Source of the DNA: Felis catus
Taxonomy: Eukaryota
Length of the DNA stretch: 64,000 bases
Reading direction: 5' to 3'
Assembly: GCF_018350175.1 (NCBI RefSeq)
Contig: NC_058369.1
Location: 24,430,001 to 24,494,000 of the forward strand
Shown: one piece after another, positions 12,435 to 26,040 of the stretch
How positions within the stretch are numbered: the first letter of the stretch is position 1
Layout of the letters: each line of letters begins with the position of its first letter
Position numbers and translations under genes: made by a program
Notes under the pieces: model-generated
The model's database searches: none
The model's input: only the letters and a program-made list of their open reading frames with translations
Told to the model about the DNA's origin: nothing

Positions 12435-14817
12435 AAAGGGAGGGAAAAAAGCTGGTGGCTAGGCATTAGCCTCTAGAGATTACACTCAGAGAGTCACACA
12501 CTTGGGGTTTCTAGAAAACTCAGCTCTTCAATCACTGTGAGCCTCTGCTAGATTAAGTGAAGCTCAAGAAGAGCTTGCACACATAATTATGTTTTACTGT
12601 TTCATAGATGGCATTTTTACTAAGTGTAAACTGCTTCCATTTTGCAGGATGCAAACTAGCTGGCAACATAGCAAAGTCAACTGTGGTAATTTGACCCCCA
12701 AAATGCATCAGGGTTTATCAGATCCAGACAATGTGGGAATAAACTGACGCATCTTCAGGCAGATTTTCCAATCAATCTCTTCTAGGATGTTAACTTGGGG
12801 AGGATAAAATTTCCATGATTCAGCCTATCAAATCATAAAGCTGTCAGAGGGACTGCCACAAATGGATCATTAATTGCTGCCAGGAATACTAAGTTCATTC
12901 TTTCTGCCTGAAAAGATGGCGATCCCAAAAATCATAGATTCTGAACAAATATTTGAAAGTAAGATTTCTGCCCACAACTTAAAGTTAATTCTAGCAAGTT
13001 CTTCTTCACTCAACAGGTCAGGAATTCAGGACACCTGTTCATTTTACCTGTCCTTGCTTCAAACTGTAGTTTTAAAGTACTGATTTCCTATATTTTATCA
13101 TTTCACAGATGTAATGGCAAACACAGTGCTAAAATGTTATAAATCCCAATGTTGAGAACAGCTAACAAGAAGAAGCAAAACGTGAGGAATGGGGAAATTT
13201 GTGCTATTATTCACCCTTAAAATCTTTCTTGTCCTTAGACTTAGAACTGACAACCATTCAGAAGTTGACTCAGTGGCAAAGGGCATTTCAGTGCCTCATT
13301 AGAAATAGGCAAATGGTAGAGTCTAAGCTCTCTAGCAGGAAAGAAAGTATGGGGTTGAAGAACATATAACCCTGCAAGTGGTATGGAGTGGGGACTGCCC
13401 TACAGTTAAGGGGCACATCCATTAGTCCATTAGATAAAGCAAAGAAATGGAATGTTGAAAAGAATATTGGGGCCTCTCCACAAAAACTGAAGTTACAACA
13501 ACTTCCCCCTGAAGTTGCCAGGGGAAGCAGGGGCTAGAAAGCAGCAGGCTTGGAAATTATAGGATGACCATGGCCACAGTTGCCTTAGGAACTCAGGCTC
13601 AGGAAACAAGGTGCCTGGTGATGGAGTTGGGCCCAAGTCCACTCTCATCCTCCAGCCAGTTTCCACAGAACAGCCATGGGGGCAATTTAATCACTCGCCC
13701 CCCTCCACTTAAACGTTTCAAAGTCTTCCCACTGCCCAATGGATCAAGTGCAAGCAACTTAAGGCAACATTTGAGGCCTTTTGCTGTCCTGCTCAGACCC
13801 TTCTCAAACCACCCGCCTTCCTTCTAGCTCTCTTTATAGGAGAGAACTTGACTGATTTCAGCTTCTGGAAAACATCACTCATGCTCTTCCCTATCTCAAA
13901 TCTTCACCCCTGTGCTGCCTCCTTCCCATGCACATCACCCCTTCTATACCTTGTCTACTTCCAGTCTCTGTTCAGTCACCAAGATGCCTGGTTTAGCCTC
14001 CCAGACTAGGCCATGGTGTGCTATATGGTGCACATCTCCTTGGTTTCACTCTTCATTCTCAAGTTTCCTTTGAGGTGCTTTTTAGACTGCCCCATGAAGA
14101 CATAGACAACTTCTGTCCATTCATTACTCTATTTCCAATTCCTAGCAGCATGTACAGTACATAATCAGTGTTCAGAAAATATTCATTTAAAAAGTAGACA
14201 AATAAGCTATGTTGTTGCTCTTTCAAAGGAACTCAAAAGGCAGACCGCTGAGTCTTGCTTGGTAAGGGCAGCCCCCAAACCCTTCACAGGTAGAAATAAA
14301 ATGAGGGTCTACCTGGGGGCCCAGGTCCACCTTGGCTATTGACTCTTACCATAATTAATGGTATCATCCTCTTCATTTTCAACCTATATATAAGCAGCCA
14401 TTCCAGGCATCAGAGAATTCTCAAGTGAGCTGACCATGAAAAATACAATTGAAATTTCTATGAAGTCATGCACTAAGTCTCTTCAGACAGAGGAGCACTG
14501 TTACGTGGAGTTGAGGGGGAGCATATTTCCCTTCCTATTTCATTCCTGACAACATACTACAGCATAAAAACATGCTTTAGACACAAATCCCAAGCAGAAA
14601 CTTTAAGAGTAGTTTTAGGATCACAGACATTTCCCCAATATCATCAGTAGGACATATGTAAACATGTATTGTAGCAAATTAAGTTGAAAGTAAAGTTCCT
14701 GATCTTATTTCTTTCTCCTAATTAACTGACAAGAGTTTTCTTTTGTGCAAGAATGAACTACCTGAGGGCTGATAAATCAGACATATTAGAAGAGAACTTG
14801 GCAAGGGATTCTAGTCA

Positions 14818-14831
14818 GTTGCCATGGAGAT
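14818..14831. promoter_or_regulatory. RFX X-box-like motif
   Basis: GTTGCCATGGAGAT resembles the consensus GTTGCCATGGCAAC; lies in unique sequence; motif match only. Confidence 0.3.
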
Positions 14832-15281
14832 ATGCATTTGTGGTGTTTCCCTTACTAAAAGTTATTATCTATGGGAAAAATAATTTGTTGAACCTATCTA
14901 ATTGAAAAGAAGGGAACATGCCCAAAATGTCACATTTTAATATTTATGACTCAAAATCTGTTTTGAAGCCCAGAGAATGCATATATAATAGGGTTAAACT
15001 GTTTTTACATAATTTAATTATTGTCTGATGGCATATTCTTAAAGGAATTCATATAGGTGTACTTTGTACTAAACATTACATTTCATCCTCTAAAATGAAT
15101 CATGCATCCACTTTGTAGGTGTGGGCTTTTACTCTGTGCTTAAGTTACACTATCAGGCATTCCTTAGGAAATTCCACAACTGAAGACTCAAAATTGAATT
15201 AAGCTAAGGCCAGAAATCTCCATTAAATGAAGAAATCTTGGATAAACCTCTGTGCCTTTTTAGTAAATGCTATTTTTTTAT

Positions 15282-16147
15282 TTAAATTTTAGGTAACATA
15301 GAGTGTAATATTGGTTTCAGGAGTAGAATTCAGTGATTCATCACCTACATACAACACCCAGTACTCATCACAACAAGTGCCCTCCTTAGTACCCATCACC
15401 CATCTAAGCTTATCCTCCACTCACCTCCCTCCATCAAGATACAGTTTTTTCTCTATTATTAAGAGTCTCTAGTCGGGGTACCTGGGTGGCTCAGTCCATT
15501 AAGCATCCAACTCTTGATTTCAGCTCAGGTTATGATCTCATGGTTCATGAGATCGAGCCCCGCACTGGTGTCTGCACTGACAGTGCAGAGCCTGCTTGGG
15601 ATTCTTTCTCTCCTTCTCTCTATGCCCTTCCCTTGGTTGTGCTTGCTCTCTCAAAAATAAAAAATAAACATTAAAAAAAGAGCCTCTTGTGGTTTGTTTC
15701 CCTCTCTTTTTCTCCCTTCCCATGTGTTCACCTGTTTTGTTTCTTAAATACCACATGAGTGAAATCATATGGTATTTGTCTTTCTATGATTGACTTATTT
15801 TGCTTAGCATAATAATTCTATCTCCATCCATGTCATTGCAAATGGCAAGATTTCGTTCATTTTGATGGCTGAGTAATATTCCAGCGTGTGTGTGTGTGTG
15901 TGTACACACATACATACCACACCTTCTTTATCCATTCATCAGTTGATGGGTGATGGGCATTTGGGCTCTCTCCGTAGTTTGGCTATTGTTGATAATGCTG
16001 CTATAAACATTGTGGTACATGTACTTCTTCAACCTGTATTTTTGTATCCTTTCAGTAAATACCTAAGAGTGCCATTGCTAGATCATAGGGTAGTTCTATT
16101 TTTAGTTTCTTGAGGAATCTCCACACTGCTTTCCAGAATAGCTGCAC
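15282..16147 (-). mobile_element. 5'-truncated carnivore L1 (3'UTR plus end of ORF2), containing a nested SINE
   Basis: L1 3' motifs (acaacacccagtactcatcacaacaagtgccctcc; ttgaggaatctccacactgctttcc). 20-bp TSD agtaaatgctatttttttat at 15262-15281 / 16148-16167. Confidence 0.92.
15475..15677 (+). mobile_element. Can-SINE, SINEC_Fc3 type, inserted in the L1 3'UTR
   Basis: TSD aagagtctctagt at 15461-15473 vs aagagcctcttgt at 15678-15690. Confidence 0.93.
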
Positions 16148-16409
16148 AGTAAATGCTATTTTTTTATGTCTCATCTTTCATATTTGCATATTTGTATAAA
16201 CTATAACATTAACATTAACACTATTTGACCAACTGAAGTCACTCCTGATATTCAATTAACATTTAGAAGATGCCCTGAATCCATATTTAAGCATCTCTAA
16301 TACAATAAGAACTTTATATATTGATGCTTTAATCTTCACAGAAACCCTACAAATTAGAGGGTCCTAGCTCTATTTTATAGAAGTTGAAACCAAGAACCAA
16401 AAGCTTAAC

Positions 16410-16636
16410 CCATCCATTCCCAACAGGGGTGATATCTCCACCAAGGGGCAAAATTCTGTTCTTAGGTAGTTATAAAAGCTTAGATATAACAATGGGTTGG
16501 TGGCCTTCGAAAGCCCAACCCTACCCCATAAAATCTTATTCTTTACTATTTACGTTCTCTCACTAGGGAGAATTTAAATTTAATTTTTCTTCTTAGGTGG
16601 GGCTATAAGGAAAAGAAAAAGATGGGAAAACACCGG
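16410..16636 (-). mobile_element. MER112-like hAT-Charlie MITE
   Basis: caacaggggtgatatc...aaccctaccccataaaatcttattc...ggagaatttaaatttaattttt matches the recalled consensus. Confidence 0.65.
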
Positions 16637-17049
16637 CATAGCCTCTAGTAAGGAATGGAGCCATTCATTAAGTGATATTTAGGAAATGTCTATGGGCTAG
16701 GCACTGTGCAAGGGCTAGGATAACAGTGGTAAACAAAGCAGACACAGACCCAAGTTTACCAAAGCTTATAGCCCCAAGGCGGATACGAATGTAAACCAAC
16801 TAACCATACAAGTAAAGATACCATTCAAAACCATGAAGAGTATTCTGATAGAAAAAGGGTTCTGGGAACATGACTGAAAGACCAGAAACTGCCTCTTTCC
16901 AGAAGTGACTTTAGGCTGAGACCTAAAAGGCAAGAAAACCCAAGTGAGGCAAAAAACAGTAAGAAAGAGTGCTAGGCTTGCAGAACCAGCCAGAACAACC
17001 ACAATGCCTTGAAAATAAGGGAGGTAAGAGAGTCTGTGCTCCCTGATTT

Positions 17050-17250
17050 GAGCTTAGGGGTCAAAGAGTCTGGGCTCCAGGTTCAAACCACAGCTTTACT
17101 GCTGGTAATATTAGGTCATTTATTTCATCTTTTTTGTGCCTCCCTTTTGGTGACTGAAAAATAAGGATAACATTGCCTACAAATTATGAGATTTAAAAAG
17201 GAAATTGTGGAAAGTGCCTAGCACATGGTAAGAGCATAAAAAATTGGTTG
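17050..17250 (+). mobile_element. MIR
   Basis: ccaggttcaaacc...tgtgcctcc...aaagtgcctagcacatggtaag. Confidence 0.65.
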
Positions 17251-19376
17251 TCTCTTACAATTATTTATTATTACTATTATAAATAGAATAATATAACAAA
17301 CAAAAGCATACTCCTCTGGATGGCACAAACAACAAAACTTGGTCTTGCTTCAAGTTGCAGGTATTAGTAAATGGCTATGTATGTACCCCCTACAATACCT
17401 TAAATTGTGATTACAAAACTTTCTGCAGGTAAGATTAGCTGCAGACACACACAGGGACTTTCTAATCATAGTCCTTTTCATAATCTGGCACTACCCTCAG
17501 GTTTTACTACATCATGCTACTCTGCATTTCTCAATATGTTTTCCAACATAGTAATCCAATGAAATGCTCAATGAAAAACAGGTTGTATGGACAAATGGTA
17601 TTGGAAACACTGTCTACAATGGAGGTCACCTGTGGTTTCGGTTGTAAGCCAGAAATTAGCTGATTGAAGTGGAAATGTAGTGAAAGATTATGTGGCAGCT
17701 CATAGGAGTCCTGTGAGGGATGGAAAGCCAGGTTGAGATGCCTCACAGCTACCCAGCACCCAAAGCACCACCATACATCTAGCATGGCTGTCCCAACCAC
17801 CATCACATACTACTACACATTGCCACTGGTTCCCTGGCAATTGTCCCTAGAGTCTGTACGCTTCAGGCTTTACCACTGCCATAGAAAGTATCTGTCCCCA
17901 GTTTCTGTTCAAATTCCAGCATTAATTCATCTGATTGGCCAAGTCACTTGCTGGTACATATATTTATAAATTAAGTATTCATAATATTTTAATATTATGT
18001 TGGCTGAGCAACCTGTTGGAAGTCACACACATAAATATCTCTTAGAGATAAACCATGAGGTAAGGAACTTCAAAGTCCATAATTTAATTTGGCAATTTGG
18101 CAGCTGTTATTAAGATTCTCTTTTTTTGTCTGCTTCTTGTCAGGCTAACATTAGGTACTGACTAAGCATTAGCAAGTGTCAATAACAAAGAAGCCACCCA
18201 CTCCTGCAAAACTGAAAAGTGAATTCAAACAATGTTATTCTCCTGGCTTTGGTTATAGAAGTCAAAGGATATTATTTCAGAGCCTACAAAAGTTACCAAT
18301 TCATCACAAAAACAATGGTTACTCTTGTTTATTGAGACGTACTATATAGCATGCTCTGTACAATATTAAGTGCCTTACATGGAGTTCTACTCAGCTGCTT
18401 TGCAACCTGCTACAGAAGAAAAAACAAGGGCCATTCATCAGGTTATGAATTTTCCCAAAGCCACACTACATTCCAAGGCACACTATCTACCCCCATGGAA
18501 ATATCCTGTCATTTTTGCACAAAATTTAAGAAGCATTTCAAAATTCCTGAAACAATCTACACAACAGTTCAATGAACAGCTCTAGAATGTTCTAATTCAA
18601 AAAAAGTGAGGACACAAAGTTAGGATGAATCAGAGAGTAAGCTTAGATAATTCACTCACTGGTACAAGGAGAGGCACCATTTTACTTTTACTTTGTCATT
18701 TACTGTCAACAGCATATTAAAATGTTTTAGTAACCAAAGACAATGTTACTAACAACCCATGGTGGGACTGGAGAGGCTAAAAATTATTGAGGGTGCCAAA
18801 CCCAAATAAAAATTCTCTATGCTGAGAATTGCAGATAATACAAAAGGCATCCTGGTTTATTGGAAGGGTATATCAGGTAATGGTCACAGATTATATCCTG
18901 TTTCGTATTTGTGAGAAGTGTGCACAATGCATAGTTTAAACCCAAAGACCTGAGTTCTCTTAACCATAGCCATACTACGTTCTTCTTAGTTTTCTATACA
19001 AATAATTTCTCTCCTTTTCCCCGACTTTTTGCAGATGATGCCATTCTGCAGGAAACACCATGGACATAAACTACCACCACCATCTTTCTCCATTATCCTT
19101 TGGCCAACTTCATTTCCTCTCTCAGCTTTTACTTGCAACATCACTTGCTTTGGAAGGCATTGCCTGACCATTTAAAATAAATTTAGGTGTCCTTACATAA
19201 GTCTCCTCATATACTCTGTCCTTCGCATTTCTGAATCAATACCACATTTTTAACTATTTATTCAGTTTTGGGCTCCCCCTAGAATCAAAGGTCAGAGGAC
19301 AGGCACCGTGTTGATCTTCTTCAGCAATGAACTCTCTATGCCTCACCTATAATTAATGATCAACATATACTGAGTA

Positions 19377-19403
19377 GATGGATGGATGGATGGATGGATG
19401 GAT
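19377..19403. repeat. (GATG)n tetranucleotide repeat at an L2 3' tail
   Basis: gatggatggatggatggatggatggat. Confidence 0.9.
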
Positions 19404-20729
19404 AGCTGCTATAGTTAGATGCAAAATACATCAGAGTCATATTGTTTCTGTGGTTCAAATAACCAAGCAAAAACCAAAAAAAAAGCCCTCTGATGTGTCA
19501 AATGGAAAAAAGGAGACCTAAAACCAGACTGCTCCCTAACTGAGTTCCAGGCAATGCCTAAATCTTTCTTCCATCTTGGGAATGACTAGTTCCCAGAACA
19601 AGTTGGCGTCTGATTGAGGCCATCATACCTCTCCTCTCCCTCATATTTTCCCAATGAGCAGCCATCTCCCAGTTGGGTGCCTTTTGCCATGCCAGGAATG
19701 AAGACACACAGTGCACCACCACAGACCGAGCTGAGAGAGAGGAATTTAACTGGTTCCCTCCCAAACACAAGGCAGCCGTCCATATCTGTTGACAAATGGG
19801 GCTCTGTGGAATCTGGACTGTCCTCACCTCTTCACATTTCATCTTTCAAAGGAATCTTTGTCCCTAAAATGAACATTTTGGAAACCAGAAATAGAGCATC
19901 CAAGTAGGTCAGGATGAATGATCCCATTTGAGGAGATTCCTTTGCTGGGAGGGCAAAGCTTGTCAGCGTTGTGGTGGGACCCCTGTTAACCACTGTCCCC
20001 ATTTCACACCACACTGACTTAATTATGCCTCTTAGATGGAAAAACATTTTCCCCAAAACCAAGATGGCACACAAATATGCTAGGAAATGGCATCCATGTT
20101 TGTCAAATACAGAAGGGACAAATTAATAGAGGGACAACAAACCCAAAGGCTATCAAAGAAAAATAGCTGAAAAAATGACAACCAGTAGTGGATTTGGCAG
20201 CATAACCACACTATTTCTGCTGACACTTTAGCCCTGCAAATTACGTAAAACTCCCTTGTTTTGTTCAATCCACTGCTTCTTGGCACCTGCACCTTAGCTA
20301 CTAAAGCTCTCTTTGGCATCTCCCTGTAGTAATAATCATGTCCCAGCCCCAGGGGTCAACTTGATCCAAGTCCTTATTCCTTGAGTGACTGTTCCTATGT
20401 TAAAGTTTATTTACAGGGTTTCTTCTCCACCAAATAACTTTTTTAAAAAATTCTATAAAATGTCATCTCTGAAGACTAAAAGCTGCCAAATATACATGTT
20501 AATTCACCCACATATTTCTGTATTCTATTTTTAGATAACTTTATGTCAGTAATATTTTAAAAAGATATCCATAGCAACTTAGAATAAGAAGAATGGAAAG
20601 TGATACACATTTAAAGTTTTTGTATGTTCACTACATGTCACTTAGATTTACCAAGTCATACATACATATATATCCAAAGGGTTAAATATAATCATATTTT
20701 TAGATTCAGATCAGCAAACATGCTCAGGT

Positions 20730-20980
20730 TTAGCATAGCCAACACTGGCCAAAGTGTGGTAAAACAGGCCCTCTCAAATCCTGCTGGTGAATGTCTAAAT
20801 AGGCGTAACTCTTTTATAAGGTAATGTGGCAAAATTTTAATTGACTTGCCCACCAATCCCACTGCTGGGAATTTACCCAATGGATTTATTTACACGAGGA
20901 CCTTAGTGTTTATGCAAAAGGACATCTAAGGTAGCACTATTTATGAGCAAAAAAAAATTCTTAAACACCTAAATATCCAA
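20730..20980 (+). mobile_element. Ancient L1M fragment (end of ORF2 region)
   Basis: ggccaaagtgtggtaaaacaggccctctca...tgctggtgaatgt...caatcccactgctgggaattta. Confidence 0.65.
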
Positions 20981-21760
20981 TCCAGAATAACAAGGAAACA
21001 AGAAAGATTTTAAAAAATCATAAATTCTTAGAGCTACAGCTTGAGTAGGAGTGAGGGGTTTTTCATGGCAATGGGGATAGGGATGGTGGGGCAAGAGAAA
21101 CACAGATCAGGTGAGGAGTACATTTGTTTATTATTATTATAAGGCAGTATTCCTGCAGTCTATTTATGCTTCTTCATGGTATTTGAGAATTTTAACTACA
21201 GAACTTTGAACTACTTTGAAATTCTTATTGTGTTTCCTAGACAGAGATACTATGCAAAGACTGGCCCACATGGGTCCAGGTTCTTTAAAAAAAATAGATA
21301 CACACATACACACACAAACAAGGTTTTAATATGCACATATACCCAAGATTATAAACTCTTAATCCACAGACACACATGTATTCTACATACAATGTGGGAA
21401 ACCCTCAAACATTCTCTATGGGAGGCCCAGAGATCCTAATAAAAATAAGAAGAATTTGTGCATTTGGCATGAACCAGGCACATGCTAAGGGCTTTACATG
21501 GCCACCAACACAATGGCCAGCAGGCCACCCAGAGAATTAACTCAACACATATTTCTTATCATCAACTCTTTTCATGGCCTCTGGTGGGAAGTCATATGCT
21601 CCCTCTCCTTTCACTCTTCCCTAGTCTATCTCTTGTTCATCCCATTAATGTCTCCTCTGGCAACCTCTCTCTCATGAACACCAGATCTTTTCACATTCTT
21701 CCATCCTCACTTCTGCCTTCCACCCTCCATCCAGATTCTTTAGTATAATGTCTCTCATAA

Positions 21761-21955
21761 GGGGCACCCAGGTGGTGCAATCAGTTAAGCATCCAACTCT
21801 TGATTTCGGCTCAGGTCATGACCTTATGGTTCAGGGGTTCAAGCCGTGTGTTGGGCTCCACGCTGACAGCATGGGGCCTCCTTGGGATTTTCTCTCTTCC
21901 TCTATCTTCTTACCTCTCTCTCTCAAAAATAAAAAATACACATTTTTTTAAAAAA
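21761..21955 (+). mobile_element. Can-SINE, SINEC_Fc3 type
   Basis: ggggcacccaggtgg head; TSD core ctctcataa at 21752-21760 / 21958-21966. Confidence 0.92.
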
Positions 21956-22038
21956 GACTCTCATAAGATTCAACCCTTCTTTTTGCACACCCCCTCTTTT
22001 TTCCCATTTGTTAGCTGCTCCAGGAGGAAGCCTAAAAC

Positions 22039-22600
22039 TGTGAGCATTCTACTAAGGGGGAAAAAGTATTGTCTGACATCCAGATCTGGTCTGGCACTCA
22101 CAGCTGGGCCATGTTAACCTCCTGTTAGACATAAATGACCTCACAGAACACCAACATCACACAAGTTTACTCTGAGACCATGATAAAATGAGACAAAACG
22201 ATACCACATCATAATTTCACCTAAGCAAAGATAATAATAAGGTTACTATGCCACCAACAAAACACCAATACCTTCTCTTGGCTAAAATGAGTGACTGCTG
22301 CTTATTTACCAATGACAATATTATCTTTGCTCTAGCCTGCCTCCCTATAAATAATATTTATTGAGCTACTCAATCACAGAATTGTACTCACTTTCTCATG
22401 GCATCTAATGTAGACCAAAACACCCTTTCCTAAATCACCCAACCCAAACCCAAATCCTATAATAAGTTTTTCTCTAACATTCTCTTATTGACACACAAAG
22501 TTTACCCACGGTGCCTGTTCTCCCTTGCTGCAATGAGTAATAAATCCAGTTATGTTCAACAAGTATGTTCCTGGAGGTCACTGGTTGGATGGTACTGACA
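22039..22600 (+). mobile_element. Ancient ERV1-class solo LTR (MER89-like)
   Basis: TG...CA termini (tgtgagcattc ... ggtactgaca), TATA-like cctataataag and AATAAA near the 3' end; ~560 bp; TSD not readable; family name from memory. Confidence 0.7.
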
Positions 22601-22799
22601 TCAAAGGAAACCAAGTTCTATGTTCTGAAAGGAAATAAGATACCACCCTATTGATGCTTCCAGCCCATCACCACTGGGCAGACAGGCCCTGGCCCTGTCT
22701 CACAGAACTGTAACTCACAGGGCCAGAACTTCACCTCCTCAGATCCAGCCATCTGCCTCCCCAAGCACCAGCATTTATGGAAAGTTGAAAGCTATGCCT

Positions 22800-22899
22800 T
22801 GTGACGGGTATTGAAAAGGGCATCTTTTGGGATGAACACTGGGTGTTGTATGGAAACCAATTTGACAATAAATTTCATATATTAAAAAAAAGAAAGAAA
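22800..22899 (+). mobile_element. Ultra-short felid L1 3' stub
   Basis: Closely matches the reverse complement of the L1 3' end at ~27594-27670; AATAAA and A tail. TSD gaaag(c/t)tatgcct at 22787-22799 / 22900-22912. Confidence 0.92.
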
Positions 22900-23718
22900 G
22901 AAAGTTATGCCTCATACAATTACATCAAATTTCTGTTTATTGAACTACTATTGCAACTGAGATGCTTTCTACTCTCTTTCAGTGAAAATATATCAATATT
23001 TCAGCTACATTAATAATTAGCAGTTAAAGGGCCTAAGATCCTAATCAAGAGACAGAATTTATAATTTTCTCCTACAAAAGATTTCATAATCTGTATCTCA
23101 CTTATGATTGTTCCCATGAGCAATTAAGTCCCACAAGGTAAGTTAGAGAAAATACTTCCATTCAAGAAGACTTTCTGTTTTGTTTTGTTTTGTTTTCAGT
23201 TAATCCTCTGTAAGATCCCTGTGAGCTTGTTTTGTTTACCTCATTTCCCCAGCACCTAGCACCATGCTTAAACCATAATAGAAGTTCAAAATATTTACTA
23301 ACATTTTTTAGTTATATAAAATTAAAAATACATGGGAAATGTTATTAAAGAAGAAAAAAAGAAAAGACAGGCAAGAGATGTGGAAAGGTGGAAGTCTGCA
23401 GCGATGAGAAGATAGCCTGAGGCACCATAAGAATGTGAAAAGGGTCTCCATCCCACTTCCAGGCTACTCTCCCAGATGGTGGTCAGGGAGGAAGAGCCTA
23501 CAAGCACTCCCACCTCAAGGTCCTGGGCTCACAGCTCTCTTCTCCATCCCAATTCCTCACATCATTTCTGACAACTTCCACCTTCTTGTGGACTCATCCA
23601 AATACCCTGGTCTCTTGTTCTTGTCCAAAAATCTTTCCATTTGTTCGATGGCAACATACCCATGATTACAAGATCTTGTCAGCACCAAAAACTGCCCCCT
23701 TTAAAAATCTTTATGCTA

Positions 23719-23936
23719 GGGGTGCCAGGGTGGCTCAGTCAGTTGAGCATCCGACTTCAGCTCAAGTCATGATCTCACAGCTCATGGGTTCAAGCCCCGC
23801 GACAGGCTATGTGCTGACAGCTCAGGGCCTGGAGCCTGCTTCTACTTCTGTGTCTCCCTCTCTCTCTGCCCCTAACCCACTTGTATTCTGTCTCTGTCTC
23901 TCTCAAAAATAAATAAACTTTAAAAAAAATTTTTTT
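23719..23936 (+). mobile_element. Can-SINE, SINEC_Fc2 type
   Basis: Perfect TSD aaatctttatgcta at 23705-23718 / 23937-23950. Confidence 0.95.
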
Positions 23937-24173
23937 AAATCTTTATGCTAATATCCTGCCCTTTAACCTCACCCTCCGCCCTCCATCTTCCTTGCTCAAG
24001 TGCTTCCACCCCGTCCTGATCTCTAATTCTTGGGTCTCACCACTCTGTCATCAGCCCTCCCTGGTCATTTCTCCCACTTCCCCGACTTAGATTCCAAATC
24101 AATCAAATCGCTCCTTTGCAAACCCCTCACATCCTTTGTTCTTCCCATCCCACTAAATCCAGCCCCATTCTTA

Positions 24174-24178
<5 letters not shown>

Positions 24179-24224
<46 letters not shown>
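24179..24224. repeat. (AC)n microsatellite
   Basis: Pure AC run. Confidence 0.97.
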
Positions 24225-24227
<3 letters not shown>

Positions 24228-24431
24228 TGTTCTACTACCAGATAAGTTTCATAAGCCAATGAGCTCAGATGATTGGTGAAGAAGGGAATGAATCCAGTAT
24301 CATACGTAAGTTGTACTGGTTCATAAGCAAATTTTCTGAGACAATGGGAAGAATACAGGAGTCAATTTACAACTTCCAGCAGGAAAGAAACAGCTCTCTA
24401 CTTGACTGAAGCCTTCTCAGATCTATTTTTT

Positions 24432-24652
24432 TTTTAATCTTTTTTTTTTCAACGTTTATTTATTTTTGGGACAGAGAGAGACAGAGCATGAACGGGGGAG
24501 GGGCAGAGAGAGAGGGAGACACAGAATCAGAAACAGGCTCCAGGCTCTGAGCCATCAGCCCAGAGCCTGACGCGGGGCTCGAACTCACGGACCGCGAGAT
24601 TGTGACCTGGCTGAAGTCGGACACTTAACCGACTGCGCCACCCAGGCGCCCC
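24432..24652 (-). mobile_element. Can-SINE, young SINEC_Fc type
   Basis: Perfect TSD tctcagatctatttttt at 24415-24431 / 24653-24669. Confidence 0.96.
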
Positions 24653-24874
24653 TCTCAGATCTATTTTTTAAAAATTAAAAAAAAAAACCCTCCTGCATCT
24701 GGGCTGCCTCCTCAGAGTCACACCCAAGCCCTACCTGGCTCTCTGGGTATAGCAAGTGGTACTTTTTCCTATGCATTCTAAGGCCCACCAACTCAGCTCT
24801 ATTTCCACTGCGTAACTCAGCACCACAAAACCAGCCTTTCCACCCTAGTGTGTTATATATTTTTATTATTTCCT

Positions 24875-26040
24875 GAGACACTAACAATACCAAAAGTTGG
24901 TGAGGAGGTGGCTCAGTTGGAACACTCATACGATACTGGTGTGAGTATAAACTGATACGACCACTTTGGAAAACTGTTTGGCAGTACTACCAAACTACCT
25001 TATGGCCGAACAATTCTACCCAAGAGAAATGAGAAAGATGTCCACCCAAAGATATATACAAGGATTCATAGCAGTTTACTTATAATTAACAAAAGTTGAA
25101 AACAACCAAAATGTCATCAACAACAGACTGGGTAAACAAGTATATTCACCCAATGGAACATTACACAACAATAAAACACAACAAACTACTGGTAAGTACA
25201 ACAATATGGAAGAACTTTACAGACATGATAAGAAAAGAAGCCAAATGCAAGAGTACATACAATTTAAGTCCACTTATGTGAGCTTTAAGGACTGACAGAA
25301 TAGGGGTTACCTCAAGGGCACATAACTGACAGGGAGCAGCACAAAGGGTCTTCTGGAAGCAGAAAATATACCTTGATTTGAGTGGAGATTATATGAGCGT
25401 AAACAATTTTCTTTTTTATGGTGGTAAAATACACATAATATCAATTTATCCTCTTAACCATCTTAAGTGTACAGTTCAGTGGCATTAAGTACATACACAT
25501 TATTGTGCCACCATCACCACACCACCACCACCCATCTCCAGAACTTTTTTATCATCCCAAATTGAAATTCCAACTCATTAAACAAAAATTCCCATACCTC
25601 CACACCATCAGCCCATGGCACTCACCCTTCTACTTTCTGTCTCTGTGAATTAGACTATTCTAATTAGATTCTAAGTCGAATCACGTGGTATTTGTCTTTT
25701 TGTAACTGGGTTATATCATTAAGCATAGTGTCTTCAAGGTCCATCCATGTTGTAGTGTGTATTAGTTGTTCCTTATATTTTAAGGCTGAGTAATATCCAC
25801 TGTATACATATTCAACATTTGTTTATCCATTCATCTGTCAGCAGACACTTGTGATATTTCCACCTTCGTCTGTGAATGATGTGAATAATGTTGCTATGAA
25901 CGTGATATACAAATATCTGTTTGAGTTCCTGCTTTCAATCCTTTTAGGGTACAAACATTTTTAAAAATCTATCAAACTACACGTTTAAGATGTGTACACT
26001 TTACTGATTTGTGCACCATACATTAATAAAAGCGTAAAAG
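24875..26040 (+). mobile_element. Ancient L1M 3' end, split by an opposite-strand L1
   Basis: gttggtgaggag...accactttggaaaactgtttggcagta to ~25400; resumes at ~25955 with a 3' terminus (tgtgtacactttactg...aataaaa). Confidence 0.75.
25410..25950 (-). mobile_element. L1MB-like 3' end nested in the older L1M
   Basis: gtggtaaaatacacataa...aagtgtacagttcagtggcattaagtaca...ccatctccagaac...gttcctgctttcaat. Confidence 0.8.
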
